The notes beneath the pieces were generated by a model. That model made no database searches. It saw only the letters and a list, made by a program, of their open reading frames with translations, and had not been told where the DNA came from. The position numbers and the translations under genes were made by a program. DNA of 63,904 bases, filler included, from Phoronis australis (lineage: Eukaryota; Animalia; Phoronida): NCBI GenBank assembly GCA_002633005.1. It is 6 parts of 6 records of this genome, joined end to end, with 100 filler letters (N's around TTAATTAATTAA, not from the genome) between each part and the next. Parts side by side here need not be neighbours in the genome. Positions count along the whole stretch, not along the records: positions 50,909 to 53,530 come from NMRA01000621.1; positions 53,631 to 62,678 come from NMRA01000302.1; positions 62,779 to 63,904 come from NMRA01001140.1; 3 more parts are not named here. The stretch is one strand, 5' to 3'. Shown one piece after another: positions 50,909 through 62,889 of the stretch. Numbering within the stretch: the first letter of the stretch is position 1; each line of letters opens with the position of its first letter.

Positions 50909-53475
50909 GAGACAGATGAGCACTGGTGTACGGAACTTCACTGCAGTCCTCTTTCGAATCTGTGCCAATGCACCACTCGTATTGATTCAAGAGTGACTGT
51001 GGGTCGTGAAATCCAAACCAGCGAATTGTAATAGACGACCTAGACATATTTATAAAGGAATTACTAATAGTTCTTCCTTCAACCACGCAGAAGACAATCT
51101 GACAAGATGCATGGCGTGCGATCATGACTAAGATCTTGTGTTCAAGTAGACAAGCTAAAGCCTTGTATGACCGGGATTTAACCCAATAAACGACATTTCG
51201 AAGACTAATCATGGAATTTGAAAGCCAGTGTTTAGCATGCAAGGAGCAACTTTTTCCAATTCTTACAATTTATAAGTAACGCAATTTCCTACCCTGAATT
51301 CGCTCTACTTTAGTTAGTCCTTATTTAGTTTCTTCTCTGATTGCCGGAGATGCCCCTTCCTGTACGCTTTCGAAAATTAAATAGTGAATTTTCGATATAG
51401 GTGCGCCATATTGAAATTCACTGTCTCACCAGACGGCGATGAGGTCTGAAGTAGATAGGTATTCAGCGCCACCTAATGATCCCATGTATTGCAAATGGAA
51501 GGTTTCCGCCTACTGGTAAAATAAGCGATTTTACACTTTTTAGGTTAACAGTGTCCACTGCTGTGCAATGGGGTGCACTAATGGCTCACGGAATGAGACA
51601 AAGTTCTTGAAATATTAATGGATTAATGACATCATGCACCCACTGCGAAGAAGAAACCGTGGCTGAGAATTCAATCGCCGTGACTGATAAAGCGGGAGAA
51701 TTGATATTTCTGCCGATATCATAAAGGTAATGCAAATTAGTGAACTACACCTGATATCTAGTATGAAATTCTGTCCTCCGAATCTTGAGTCGGGAGCAAG
51801 CGGGAGTCGCTTTCGCGATGCCATAACTCTAGACAGAGCCAATACAAAAAGCCCACTATTCTTAACACAATACATTATTCGATCATATCGCTTATTTTTT
51901 CCCGTTTTTATCATTTTTATTTTGTCATTTACAAGGAGCAAACGAGCTTGACATCGTACGCAATGCATCTTGTCAAATTTTCAACATGAAAGTTTATTGA
52001 GACTTAGAAGGAAATTTGGTTTACCATCCATACAACTATTTCAGAAAAACAATTAAATTTCACATGCGTGTCCCACAATACCCACCTAATTGTCTAAGTT
52101 ACTAAGATGAATTCTATCGATTATTTCTCGACTGTGAAACAATCGTACTTATCTGCCTTAATTCTCAGTCACTTTCAGGAAGTAGAGGCCTTGTGACGAA
52201 TTTTCACCTAAGGTCGTTTTAATTAAAATTATACGAAATCCAGTTTTGATCTGTTATTACACAATAATCACTTAAAGCTTAACTTAAATCTTTGGAACAG
52301 AACAGAATGTATGCCTGTAACCCAAGTCAACCTTAAAAAATGCCGGTGGCAATGCCAAAGACAAAACCAACGTAACGCAAAATATGACCATTTTGTTCTA
52401 AAGCCAATTTAGGGGAAGACAGTTTGGAACTCCGATCGTAAAAAAACTTACGATTCTGCTTGATAAATTGAGTGAAAATCGTCATAGCCAACACGGATTA
52501 CTCCCGGAAGAGGTGGTGAGTCGTCGCCAATAATGCCGTCTGATGTCGCTGTGATACACAAGCCAATACTGTTACACGCCTTGACTGTTGTAAAATATTT
52601 CTCCCCAGGTAATAGTTGGAATATAAACTTGTGATCTGAAAATAAGTTGGTAGCAAATCTTGTTAAACAGCAATGTGAAAGTCAAAGAAACGACTAATTA
52701 GTTTCCAACCAGTCAGTAACTTCACATATGGGCTACCTCTGAAAGTATATACCTAAACATGCTTGCTAAAAAAAAGAAAGCAAGACAATTTGAATTAAAG
52801 CTATTCGCGCGAAAGTGTTTTAAAGATTTCGACATGCCTCCGAAGAAATTCAATGATTTACCGGTGTCTTGTCCTACATTTTCAAAAGGGTGAGCGTCCT
52901 GCTCGCCAGGTTCGGTTCCAACGGCAACCATGTAGTTTACATCCGTTTCTGCATCTTGGAATCCAAACCAATTAACGGTCAAAGAAGTCAAATCTTGTTG
53001 GTAATCAGCATCCTGTAAAAAGTTTAATCTCATTCAGAACAGTAAATAATTAGCCCAGGCTCTGGCGGATCTAGAATGCCATAAAAATGACACATGGAGC
53101 CCAACCAAATTTTTCGTAAGACCTAAAAATGGCATGCCGATGAAGCTATTGTCGTGTCTTTAGGTGGAAAGGTCCCCAAAACTAAATCCACTTAAGTAAG
53201 GCTATGTGAGCACAATAATAAACAGCTCGTTAGATTGTGAAGCCTAAATACTGAGACTTACATACAAACGACCTGTGGTCCATTGGTAGAGAGCTACCGA
53301 TATCGCGTGCGTGTGTGTAGTCCATATTTATTTAAATGTATATAAAGTGCAAAGGGGCTAGACGTACCTGAGACTTGTTTAAGCCGTCGTAAACAAAGCC
53401 TTTGGCTGGTCTCGTTGTGTCACACGTGAACTCAGGAGACGTGGCAGATACCGACAAGCCAACAACATTAGTAGC
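50909..53475 (-). CDS. Uncharacterised protein with tandem FN3/Ig-like repeats, partial. Exons 53368-53475, 52862-53012, 52452-52635 and 50909-51039
   Basis: Phase-consistent spliced frame ATNVVGLSVSATSPEFTCDTTRPAKGFVYDG..|DADYQQDLTSLTVNWFGFQDAETDVNYMVAVGTEPGEQD..|HKFIFQLLPGEKYFTTVKACNSIGLCITATSDGIIGDDSPPLPGVIRVG..|SSITIRWFGFHDPQSLLNQYEWCIGT, with an internal repeat of about 110 aa. Confidence 0.85.
51385..51482. repeat. Dispersed repeat shared with 55132-55228
   Basis: GTGAATTTT..GATATA...GCGCCATATT...CACCAGACRGCGAT..GGTCT...AGCGCCACCTA...GATC occurs in introns of two different contigs. Confidence 0.7.
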
Positions 53476-53530
53476 CTGAAACCAGTAAATAAAACAGCCA
53501 AAACTTAGAGTACATTGGTAACGTGGAGGT

Positions 53531-53630
53531 NNNNNNNNNNNNNNNNNNNNNNNNNNNNNNNNNNNNNNNNNNNNTTAATTAATTAANNNNNNNNNNNNNN
53601 NNNNNNNNNNNNNNNNNNNNNNNNNNNNNN
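53531..53630. other. Artificial contig linker
   Basis: N44-TTAATTAATTAA-N44. Confidence 0.98.
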
Positions 53631-54056
53631 CAAGAATTAAAAAATACATTCTAAGCACCTACCGATTGCTCTAACTAATACAAATCCAAATATTCTTAAC
53701 AAACTTTGAAGAACTATATGGAGGCCGCCATTTTTCTGCGTAGATGTCGCTAGTGAGGCAGGTGGAGTCCATTATTATATAGGGACAAATCTATATCAAA
53801 ACCTTTCTAAAACTAAATATCTGCTACACATCAAGTCTATCAACAATACTTAGATTGTCTAAATTTACAAAGTAGGTCTTGGAATGTATTTTTTTATTTT
53901 TATATTGTAATTTTAAATTTTAATGTATATTTTGTAAAAAGCTACCCTAGTTTTGTAGATTGCAATGGATTCGTCTTTCAATGCGAGAACTCCCCTTGCT
54001 ACCGATGATGTACCGTGTGGTGTGATTGCCAAAATTGTTGGATTTTGCAAATAGCA

Positions 54057-57000
54057 ATGTTTATGCTATGTTCCTTTTCTCGTACTTCGAGGACACCTTT
54101 TCTTTTACGGGCTTTTTCAGCTGAACCAAGCGCTAAAATTCAGCAGAGGAAACAAAAATATTTTCGACAGCTGATTTCCAACTTGGACAACAAATCCAGC
54201 TCATTTTTGGAGAATGCAGAGTATTGTAAATCACTAGAAGAAAAATATAACACTGTCTTAAGTGCTGTCCACCTGGGAGGTGGAGAGAAGGCAACTGCGC
54301 GTCACAAGCAACAAAAGAAACTTTTAGCCCGAGAAAGGATAAGTCGACTTTTGGACGATGATGGTGACTTCTTGGAATTGTCTCCTTTTGCTGGCATGGG
54401 AATGGACTATGGCGACATCCCAGCAGCTGGACTTGTGGCTGGTATGAAGAGAAGTGTTGTTGTGTGTAGTGTTCTGAAGTTGTATGGCTTCTTGTTCCGT
54501 AATTTGTGTTTTTGAATAAACCCGCCAGACGGTGCTCAACATCAAACATATAGGATGAGTACTTATTTAGTATGTGCCCCCTCCCTCACCCGCTCCCCTC
54601 TTTCCCCCTCCCCCCCTCCTCCCCACCACCACCGGTACTCCACATTTCACTACCTCCTCAATCAAAGAATCGGTTATTGGTTAGAATGTGGTTTGTTAGC
54701 AGCTTAAATTATGGTTTTTATGGCAGTAGTGAATTACAGGGGTGACTTGCATAATTCAGTTGAGAACCAGTTATTCAGTGGAGAAAATTGGTTCTTAGAA
54801 TGCAGGACCACTGTAAGTAACTGTTACCATTGTTGTTGGCAGTTGTGACTTTATACAATCTTAATTTTACGTGTAATTTCAGGTATTGGCCGGGTCCATG
54901 GAGTCCGCTGCATGATTGGTGCTAATGATGCCACTGTAAAGGGGGGTACCTTGTTCCCAATTGGTGTCAAAAAACAACTGCGCATTCAGGAAATTGCTCA
55001 AGAAAATAAGTTACCTTGCATTTATCTGGTTGACAGCGGTGGGGCCTTTCTGCCTCTGCAGGTACTTTTATTCCACGCTGATGGTAATTCCTCAATTATT
55101 TTACACAAAAATGGATGTAGGAATACTTTAGGTGAATTTTGATATAACCGCGCCATATTTAAGTCCACTATCCCACCAGACAGCGATCGGGTCTTTGGTG
55201 GACAGGCGTTTAGCGCCACCTACAGATCTCGTGTAATGCATACATGTAGTTTCAACCGGCTGGTATAAACAGCGTGATGTATTAATGCCTTATGGAAAAA
55301 AGCAAACCTTTTGAAATATGAATGGATAAACAAAGACATCGTGTTCCATCCGTTTCCCACTGCGAAGAAGAATACACGACAAAGCCAGTGGCTGCAACTG
55401 ATAAAGCAGAAGAATTTCGACACCAGCCAGTGTCAAAAACCTAAAATAAATTGATGAACTTAAACTAATCACACTATGGTAGGGATGGACAGTGGAGTTT
55501 GGTCCCGTTTTTGAATTATTGGAGAACTATGTAGTAATTAAATTTCTGTTCAATAAATCTGAGCTGGGGTCAAGAAGAGGTCACTTTTGTGCTTTCATTG
55601 TTCAATTTTCACAAATACTGCTTACCTTGTGGCAGTAAATTTTTTAATTACTTGATGTTGTTTTTGTTTCCTCTACTCAATACAAACCAAGCGAACAGGA
55701 TTCTTGTGTGGCTGTAATGCTTGTTGCGAAAATTTCAATTTTTCTTTGTTAACCGCCATCGTTTGATTTAGCACCGATCCCCAATTTATGTGATCGAGAT
55801 TTCCTTCAAAACACTGTTACATTTGTGAAGTCCAGTCTCGCTTGAATTTTGTCTCCCTGTAAGTGACCATTACCTTTTAAGGGATGGTCTAGAATTTCAA
55901 TATTTTCAAATGTACTGTGGAAGTACATTTATGAGGGTGTGTCTGCCAAACAGTTTGCTCTTTCAAAAAAAAACAAAAATTATCCTTAAGGGGTTTGAGC
56001 TGTCATAACAACTATTGTTTGCTATAATTAGTTTACTTAGTAATTTCTTTCTCTTTGTCTAACCGTCTGTCTATCATGTTCACTGAATAATGTTGGTAGA
56101 AGTTGTCTTATTATATTGCCTGAATTTTATGAATTAAGTCTTATCACTGCAGGCTAATGTTTTTAATTTATTTAATTTCAGTCTGAAATATTTCTTCCTG
56201 GAGGCCGTACCTTTTACAATGAAGCCATCATGTCTTCTATGAACATTCCTCAGGTAATGAAACGGGTGGCAGTTATGCCTCTCATCAAGTATTAATTGTT
56301 ACTTTCAAAATTACATTCAGTGGCATCTTGATATCATGGTTTAATCTTTCTTCAATAGGTGGCCATAGTGTGTGGTAGCTGCACTGCAGGGGGTGCTTAT
56401 TTACCTACTATGGCTGATGAAGCAGTCATTGTTCACAAGATTGGTACCATATTCCTTGGTGGACCTCCACTAGTGCAAGCAGCTACAGGAGAAATAGTGT
56501 CTGCTGAGGATCTAGGTGGCGCCACCTTACACTCAAGGTGTATATCCATGACAGCGTTTTCCCGTTCAGTGACTTTACCAGACGTAGGGGGTTCTGAACG
56601 TGTGATAACATCTAGCTTCTATGTTAACTACCAAGCACACTCTTTTGTCTGTTATGACAACAAGCAGGCCAATTATCTACCAGGCTTATTACAGACCACT
56701 TGTGTACACAGTCAAACTCAGAGTGAATTGGTGTATTCGGAAAAAATAGATTGTCGTAACTTCAGTTGCAGTTGGGCGATTTTGGTGATTCAAAAACTAA
56801 ACATGATCATCATTTGACGAAGATTTCAGAAATGCTATTAGTTTATGTTCAAGTATGTTATAACTTAACTTTTATTTTTAACAGCACAGCCCAGTCAGGG
56901 TAGATACGATCTTATATTGGAGATTAGAGCAATTATCGAGAAAAAGAGAGCTGGCCCTCCAACCATAAATGCCAGAATGGAGTTAATCAGTCGTTTAAGA

Positions 57001-60000
57001 TAATGACTACAGGGGTAAACTTCCCAACTTGTTGTTGGGCTATAGGATCGAACAAGTTGGGAGCAACGGAAAAACGCCATGATGCTCAGTGAACAAACAT
57101 GAGTAGGTCAATATTTCTGGTGGCAGCTTGGGTCTCGAGTTTTGAATTAGCAGACATGATGATTTCCTGTTTTAAATGTCTATTGTAAGTTAACTGTAGA
57201 TAGAAAAGTCGCCAATCGCATTACATTTTTTATGAGCGAGAATAGCGGATTTGCAGCGCAGACGAACACAAATCACAAATTGACAAATTAAGAGAATACC
57301 ACACATATCCTAGACAATGGTAACGTCTCACCAATTTCCGGCAAAAGTAATTGTAAAAAAGTGTACCTTCTTGTGGATGTTCCCGGATTCCCAAAACATT
57401 GCCTGATGAAAACTATGGCATGCGACTCAAGAATGGCATAGCATCACTATTTCGTGCTTCTTATCTTTTATGAAAAATAAGAAAAAATAAAATGTCCTAA
57501 ATTGGTAAAATTTTACCGTTCTTATATCTGGAATTGATATGTCAACTTACTATGTTCTGAGTCCCTCTGGCTTACCATGTTTTGAGTCCTTTGGTCAGTT
57601 AAATTTAATTTAATTTTAAACGGTCTATTGAATTTAATTCAGTATTTGACATGATAACCAGGGCTAATAAAAGAATTATATAAAGTTGAATCTTGTGTAA
57701 GAATGAATTTATTCCCAACAGTGTGAGTGGTTGTACTGACTACTTCGCAACAACTGAAGAAGAAGCTTTTGAAATGGGCCGAGATATCGTGGCTTCTCTT
57801 AACATGCCAGAGTCCAATAGGCCAGACAGCTTTGAGCCGCCTCTGTATGACCCGGAAAACATTTGTGGAGTCATCTCCCCTGATTCTGCAAACATTGACC
57901 CATACGAGGTGAGTGACAGTTCTGTAAAAACTATAATAAATCTATAACTTAGTTGACACCCTTGTCGTTAAATTTTTTGGCTTTTATAAGATTTTTAAAG
58001 TGTTATGTAAGTAGTGGAAGTTCAGCAACACTTTTGTTGATAGAAAAAAGTTCTTTCATAGTCTCTGGTGGGGGTAGGGTAAAGTAATGCTCTTTTTTTA
58101 ATACATTTTATTTTTAAATACACTAATACTTACAAACAATAAGATCTTTGCAAATGAAACACAGGCACACACACGCACACACACATTATCTAAATAGAAA
58201 TTCCTGGTTGGTCTAAAATAAATAGGCATTGATGGTTTCCCAAAAGGCAGTTTTGCGGGGTTGTATATTCCTTACTTTACAATAATTATACAAGAAACAT
58301 TGAAATTGTGAATATCTAAGAATAATCTGGTTTCTAGAACATTTATGGATGAAATACTGGCAAATAGTTAATATGGTATTGATATCTTCAAAATTACATC
58401 CAAAATATGCTGTCAAAATAACATTTTTATCTAAGATTAAATGCACTTAATCAAAGACAAACCCAATGGAACAACTAAGTGCCCTGGACACACCAGGGAT
58501 CATACCTAGATCCAGAAATATTGAAATGTCCATCTTTGTTAAAATCAATAAACTTATCATGACTAGGGTCTTCATCTCCTTCCTATATTCGACGCTTCGC
58601 TTCTTCCGGCGCTCAGAACGGTGTGAAACACCCACAACCCATCATTCGTTGTCTGTAGAATACAGTTGGAAATGTCCAAAAAAGCTGTCACACAGTCTTT
58701 GAGTAAATGAATTACTTTACCCAACATTTTTGTTATTATTGTTTTCTTGAAAGTTTAGTTTTATGTACTTCATGTGCAGTTTAAATGTTAATTTTACATT
58801 TTATGGCATTTTTTGACTGATTTGCCTTATTTTACAGACTCTGAACTGGTTCTGAAGCTTTTTTGTCAATTTTTATCATAGCAAAGTTCATAAAAATTCA
58901 AACTGGAAGTGATACACTGTGAGCAAGCAATATTAGTCGAATTCTGTGTACTTGATCAACTCAATTGTTGTCATATGTATTATTTATGTTACTTGATTCT
59001 GGCATCATTGCAGATGTCAAATTTCATATTCCAATGATGCAGGACGCGTTCCTGAAATTATCTCTGATTAAATGATCTCCGTAAGGGTAATGCCTTTCAC
59101 CCTACATCACATTTTCGGACCTGGCAACTATGAATGCTTCTTACTAATTTGGATTACATTAGGCACTTCACACAGTGCCTGGACTTTATGGTCGACTTCA
59201 CGTGTTTGGGGATTAAGGAAAAGAGATGTGCGTCAGTGCCTGTTTGAGACAGCACCCTTTTCCGCCAGTTTTAGTCACTGCGAACTAGGAAAACTATTTG
59301 AAATTTATCATGTTTCATTGTTTCAAAAGCAAAATTCCATCGGCTACTATTGAAAAGAGACATGACGCGAATTGCAACTACTGCCTGTTTGTTGATATGT
59401 TGCAACCTCTCTTGCTTGAGCAACCCAGTGGAGTGACTTGACTTGTTTGAACCACCCATCAGAGTGATATTAGTAACCTCAAAGAATACAGTAAAATTTG
59501 AATGGGGGAGGTCATCACAATAAGCTTAGTCTAACTAAACTATCTGCATTATGACAGGAAGACAGTGCAATCTTACGAGCACTGTTTAGTCTTTGTGTCA
59601 CTTTTACATTGCAGGTGATCTCACACATTACCGATGGTAGCAGGTTTCATGAATTCAAAGCTACTTATGGCAAACAGTTGGTTACAGGGTTTGCTAAGGT
59701 TCAGGGGTAAGCATATCACCATACAGGTAGTTGGTTATGCAACGTGTTTTGGTTTTTTATCTGAGGCCAGAGTTCAAGAAGTATATAATAAGTTTTTTTT
59801 CTTGTAAACACCACCAGCCCATGTAACAACAAATGGAATTGGCAGAAACTAAAAGCCTGTAGAAATGAACAAATGGGATGATATTTTATAAATTACCAGA
59901 ATAACATCTGTCTTTTCTGCTTGTCACAGGTAATTACATTTACATGCCAGGTTTTTTTAAATCACCTCAGTTTGGAGAATTTACAACGTGTATGAATCTT

Positions 60001-62495
60001 TTTAGGATAACATCAATAATATTATGTGTCTCGTGGATGTCTTCATACAAAGGCCATTTGTATAAAAAATTAATGTTGACAACAACTCTCTTATATTATG
60101 TTTCATTCTTCATAACTATGGGCGCAGTTTTTGCAAACTAAATAAGGTCGTGCGCAGACAATAAACAATGTAAATTCATCAAAACGTTATGTTGAACCTC
60201 ACGTTTTAAGTAATCACATTTCCATGTCATTTCGATACGGGGAAAATAAAAAGAGACAATGGACATCCCCGTCTTGTCCCTAATGGACTTTGAAACAAAT
60301 CTAACACTGCTATTAGTGTCAGACAACATTTTCATACATGGTTTGTAAAATATACTTCAACAGTTGTACCATATTTAATAAGCTTATAACTGAGGCCATG
60401 TCGCCATACCAAGTCAAAAGCCCTTTGGACGTCTACAAACATGCAATAAAATCTCCATTTCAAACATGCAATATCATCTCCGTCTACTTCTTGAAGTGCT
60501 TTGCTACATAAAAAATTTCCGCAAATCGGACAGATTAAATTTTTTCATTTTATTTGTACTACATAATATTTTTCAAATATTTGAAATGTTTAATTTAACA
60601 TATCGTGTGTTCATCGACATATTCATTTGTCTGTATAAAGCATTGTGTATCCAGCTGGACGTCAACAGGATTGCATTAATAAGCTTCTGTATTTATGAGA
60701 TGATATTCATTACTCGATGTATTGCATAACGTGATGCTGGGCACTTCAGATATTACAAATAATGAGCTTTTCACTGTTTGTTTCTCTACTGTTTTTAAAA
60801 AATGTGTTCCAATCCTATAAAAGTCAGTGCTAAACTCATAACATCACTGACAGTAAAGATGATTACAATCCCGATGCTATCATGCCGATGTTGTCTTGTT
60901 GCTAACTTTTTGCAATTGACTAGCATCACACCAGGTAAGCTTCTGTACTGTCACCCAGAGTCTGAGCGGTCTTGTGTTGTATGCTGTGCTACACCACCGT
61001 TCTCAAAGAGCATGTTGAAGGAGCGATGCCCAGATATTTTGATGATGGCTGTGTCTGACCCCAGTTGGCTTACCCATTTACTGGGTGACTGGCCGCCCTT
61101 TGCCAATCTCCAGACGGTCAGGCATTGCCTCATGACCGCCTGTTTGGCAAAATGTTTGATACTGCGTTTTGTTAAATGAAATGCCATTTGCTCTAAGCAG
61201 CCTTATGGACAGCCTCTCCAATAGTCTTTGGAAAAACGTCGTGCTGAAATGATTGTCCTGTGTACAAGCTTGTTTCCATGATCTCTACATTCATTTACTA
61301 TAGGTATCTTGTGGGAATTCTAGCCAATAAAGGAGTGCTGGCTGAGGACGCTGCTGTTAAGGGGTCCCACTTTGTGCAGTTATGCTCTCAGAGAAACGTT
61401 CCTATGGTGTTTTTACAAAACGTCCCTACGGATGTCCCAGATTCCTTTTCTACAGGTGAAGGTAAGACAGTGAACAGTCACATTCTCTTTTCTGTTTGAC
61501 GCTAATTTGTCTCCAGAAAAAATTATTAAAATGGCCAAAAACCTGCCTTTGTCACAAAAAACAACTTTTGATTTAGACCACTTACAGGTAAGATATTGGT
61601 CTAAAATTGTTCCTCAGTCATATTATAGGCGTTGAAGGCTTTGAAAGAACTGACAATTTGTTCACTGCTTTAGACCGGGCTGTTCAAGTTGGCTCTTTAC
61701 ACCGGTCATTTTATGCGCCAATCTTCGTCTTGAGAAATATGGACGCGTTAGTCCTTTCCAAGCCTATGAACCTCTTTTCGTCAGAGGAAGGAACATGTTA
61801 AGGTCAGTTTATAGCGGTAAGTGGCCTAAATGAGAGATTATTTCTTTGACAGAACGCGGGTTTATTCATGGCTGTTTGGCCGCTTTATTGAGAATATTTT
61901 TTCAGTTTAATTTAAGATGTGTTTTCACATGATTTGAGAATCAGATTGATGCCCGTTATTCAGCGGATTAACTGCTTCTCAAAATGCGGGACTCTGTAAG
62001 TGTCTGTTATTGAAAACTGTGCATCTTAGTTTACTAGTGTGTCACCTTTTGCTGCCTTCTGAGATACTCATTGATTGACATTACGTATATTGAGCTCATC
62101 ATATTCTGGTCAAAAGTGATCAACTTTAAAGTAAGATAAATCAAATGAAGTGGTTTATCAAACAAATAACACCCGTGAACAATTTTCCAACCACAGTATA
62201 GCTAAAAAGACAATGTGAGAATTTCTAACGCTTGTTGAAAATGGGCATATTCCACGACATGTTTTTTCGTGAGTATTAAAACATTCAACTCTCGCCATTG
62301 TGTGAATCAGGATGTCCCAAGGTAGTAGTCCTATTACCTAAACAGCTGTCTTTTCATGTAATTTCTGTTTAAGGTGAAATTTACGGTGCCATGTTGGCTG
62401 CTCAAGGAAGAATGATGGCTGCCGTAGCATGCTCTTTAATGCCGAAGATAACAATAGTCTTGGGTGGAAGCTATGGCGCCACAAACTATGCAATG
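54057..62495 (+). CDS. Methylcrotonoyl-CoA carboxylase beta-chain-like (MCCC2-like) carboxyltransferase, 3' end missing. Exons 54057-54441, 54883-55061, 56182-56253, 56359-56537, 57722-57908, 59615-59706, 61304-61461 and 62374-62495
   Basis: Carboxyl_trans motifs [101 protein letters not shown] and GGSYGA. All introns are GT-AG and in phase. The start is uncertain: a strong acceptor ends at 54120, but the ATG at 54057 gives an Arg/Ser-rich, mitochondrial-presequence-like N-terminus. Confidence 0.92.
58085..58570 (-). mobile_element. Decayed 3' end of a LINE (L1/Tx1-like)
   Basis: The minus frame ..[27 protein letters not shown].. resembles the ORF2 C-terminus after the zinc-binding region. 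It is followed by AATAAA and an A-rich tract on the minus strand (~58094-58112). Confidence 0.4.
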
Positions 62496-62678
62496 GTGAG
62501 CTGTGTGGATTAAGTACAGGATGGTTCTAAAAGATTTGCCGTTATAGAAATACAAAATTGGGTCCATGCTTTTGAGTGCCCTGTATTTTATGCAATTTAT
62601 CAATATAGCAGAAGAGATTGCTTGATTGAATTGTCTTCATAACGAAATTTGCCGACATGCAAACCTGTCATTTTATCT

Positions 62679-62778
62679 NNNNNNNNNNNNNNNNNNNNNN
62701 NNNNNNNNNNNNNNNNNNNNNNTTAATTAATTAANNNNNNNNNNNNNNNNNNNNNNNNNNNNNNNNNNNNNNNNNNNN
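62679..62778. other. Artificial contig linker
   Basis: N44-TTAATTAATTAA-N44. Confidence 0.98.
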
Positions 62779-62828
62779 CAAAAAAAAAAAAACACGGAGA
62801 ACGCTCAAACTTGAAAAACTGCAATTAT

Positions 62829-62889
62829 CACAGACTAGAACTCACGACCTGGTTTTAGAGAGCGCGTGCTTTACCACTTCACCACAACG
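62829..62889 (-). mobile_element. tRNA-derived SINE head or tRNA pseudogene
   Basis: The minus strand GTGGTGAAGTGGTAAAGCACGCG...GGTCGTGAGTTCTAGTC has A-box-like and B-box-like motifs at tRNA spacing, but no proper acceptor stem. Confidence 0.5.

Noticed and set aside
31637-62495. Functional clustering of MYO6, sidekick, the FN3-repeat gene and the MCCC2-like gene
   Set aside because: Each gene is on a separate contig, so their adjacency is not evidence of linkage.
54057-62495. Bacterial contamination or recent horizontal transfer of an acyl-CoA carboxylase
   Set aside because: Seven spliceosomal introns with host-type repeats show a long-resident nuclear gene.
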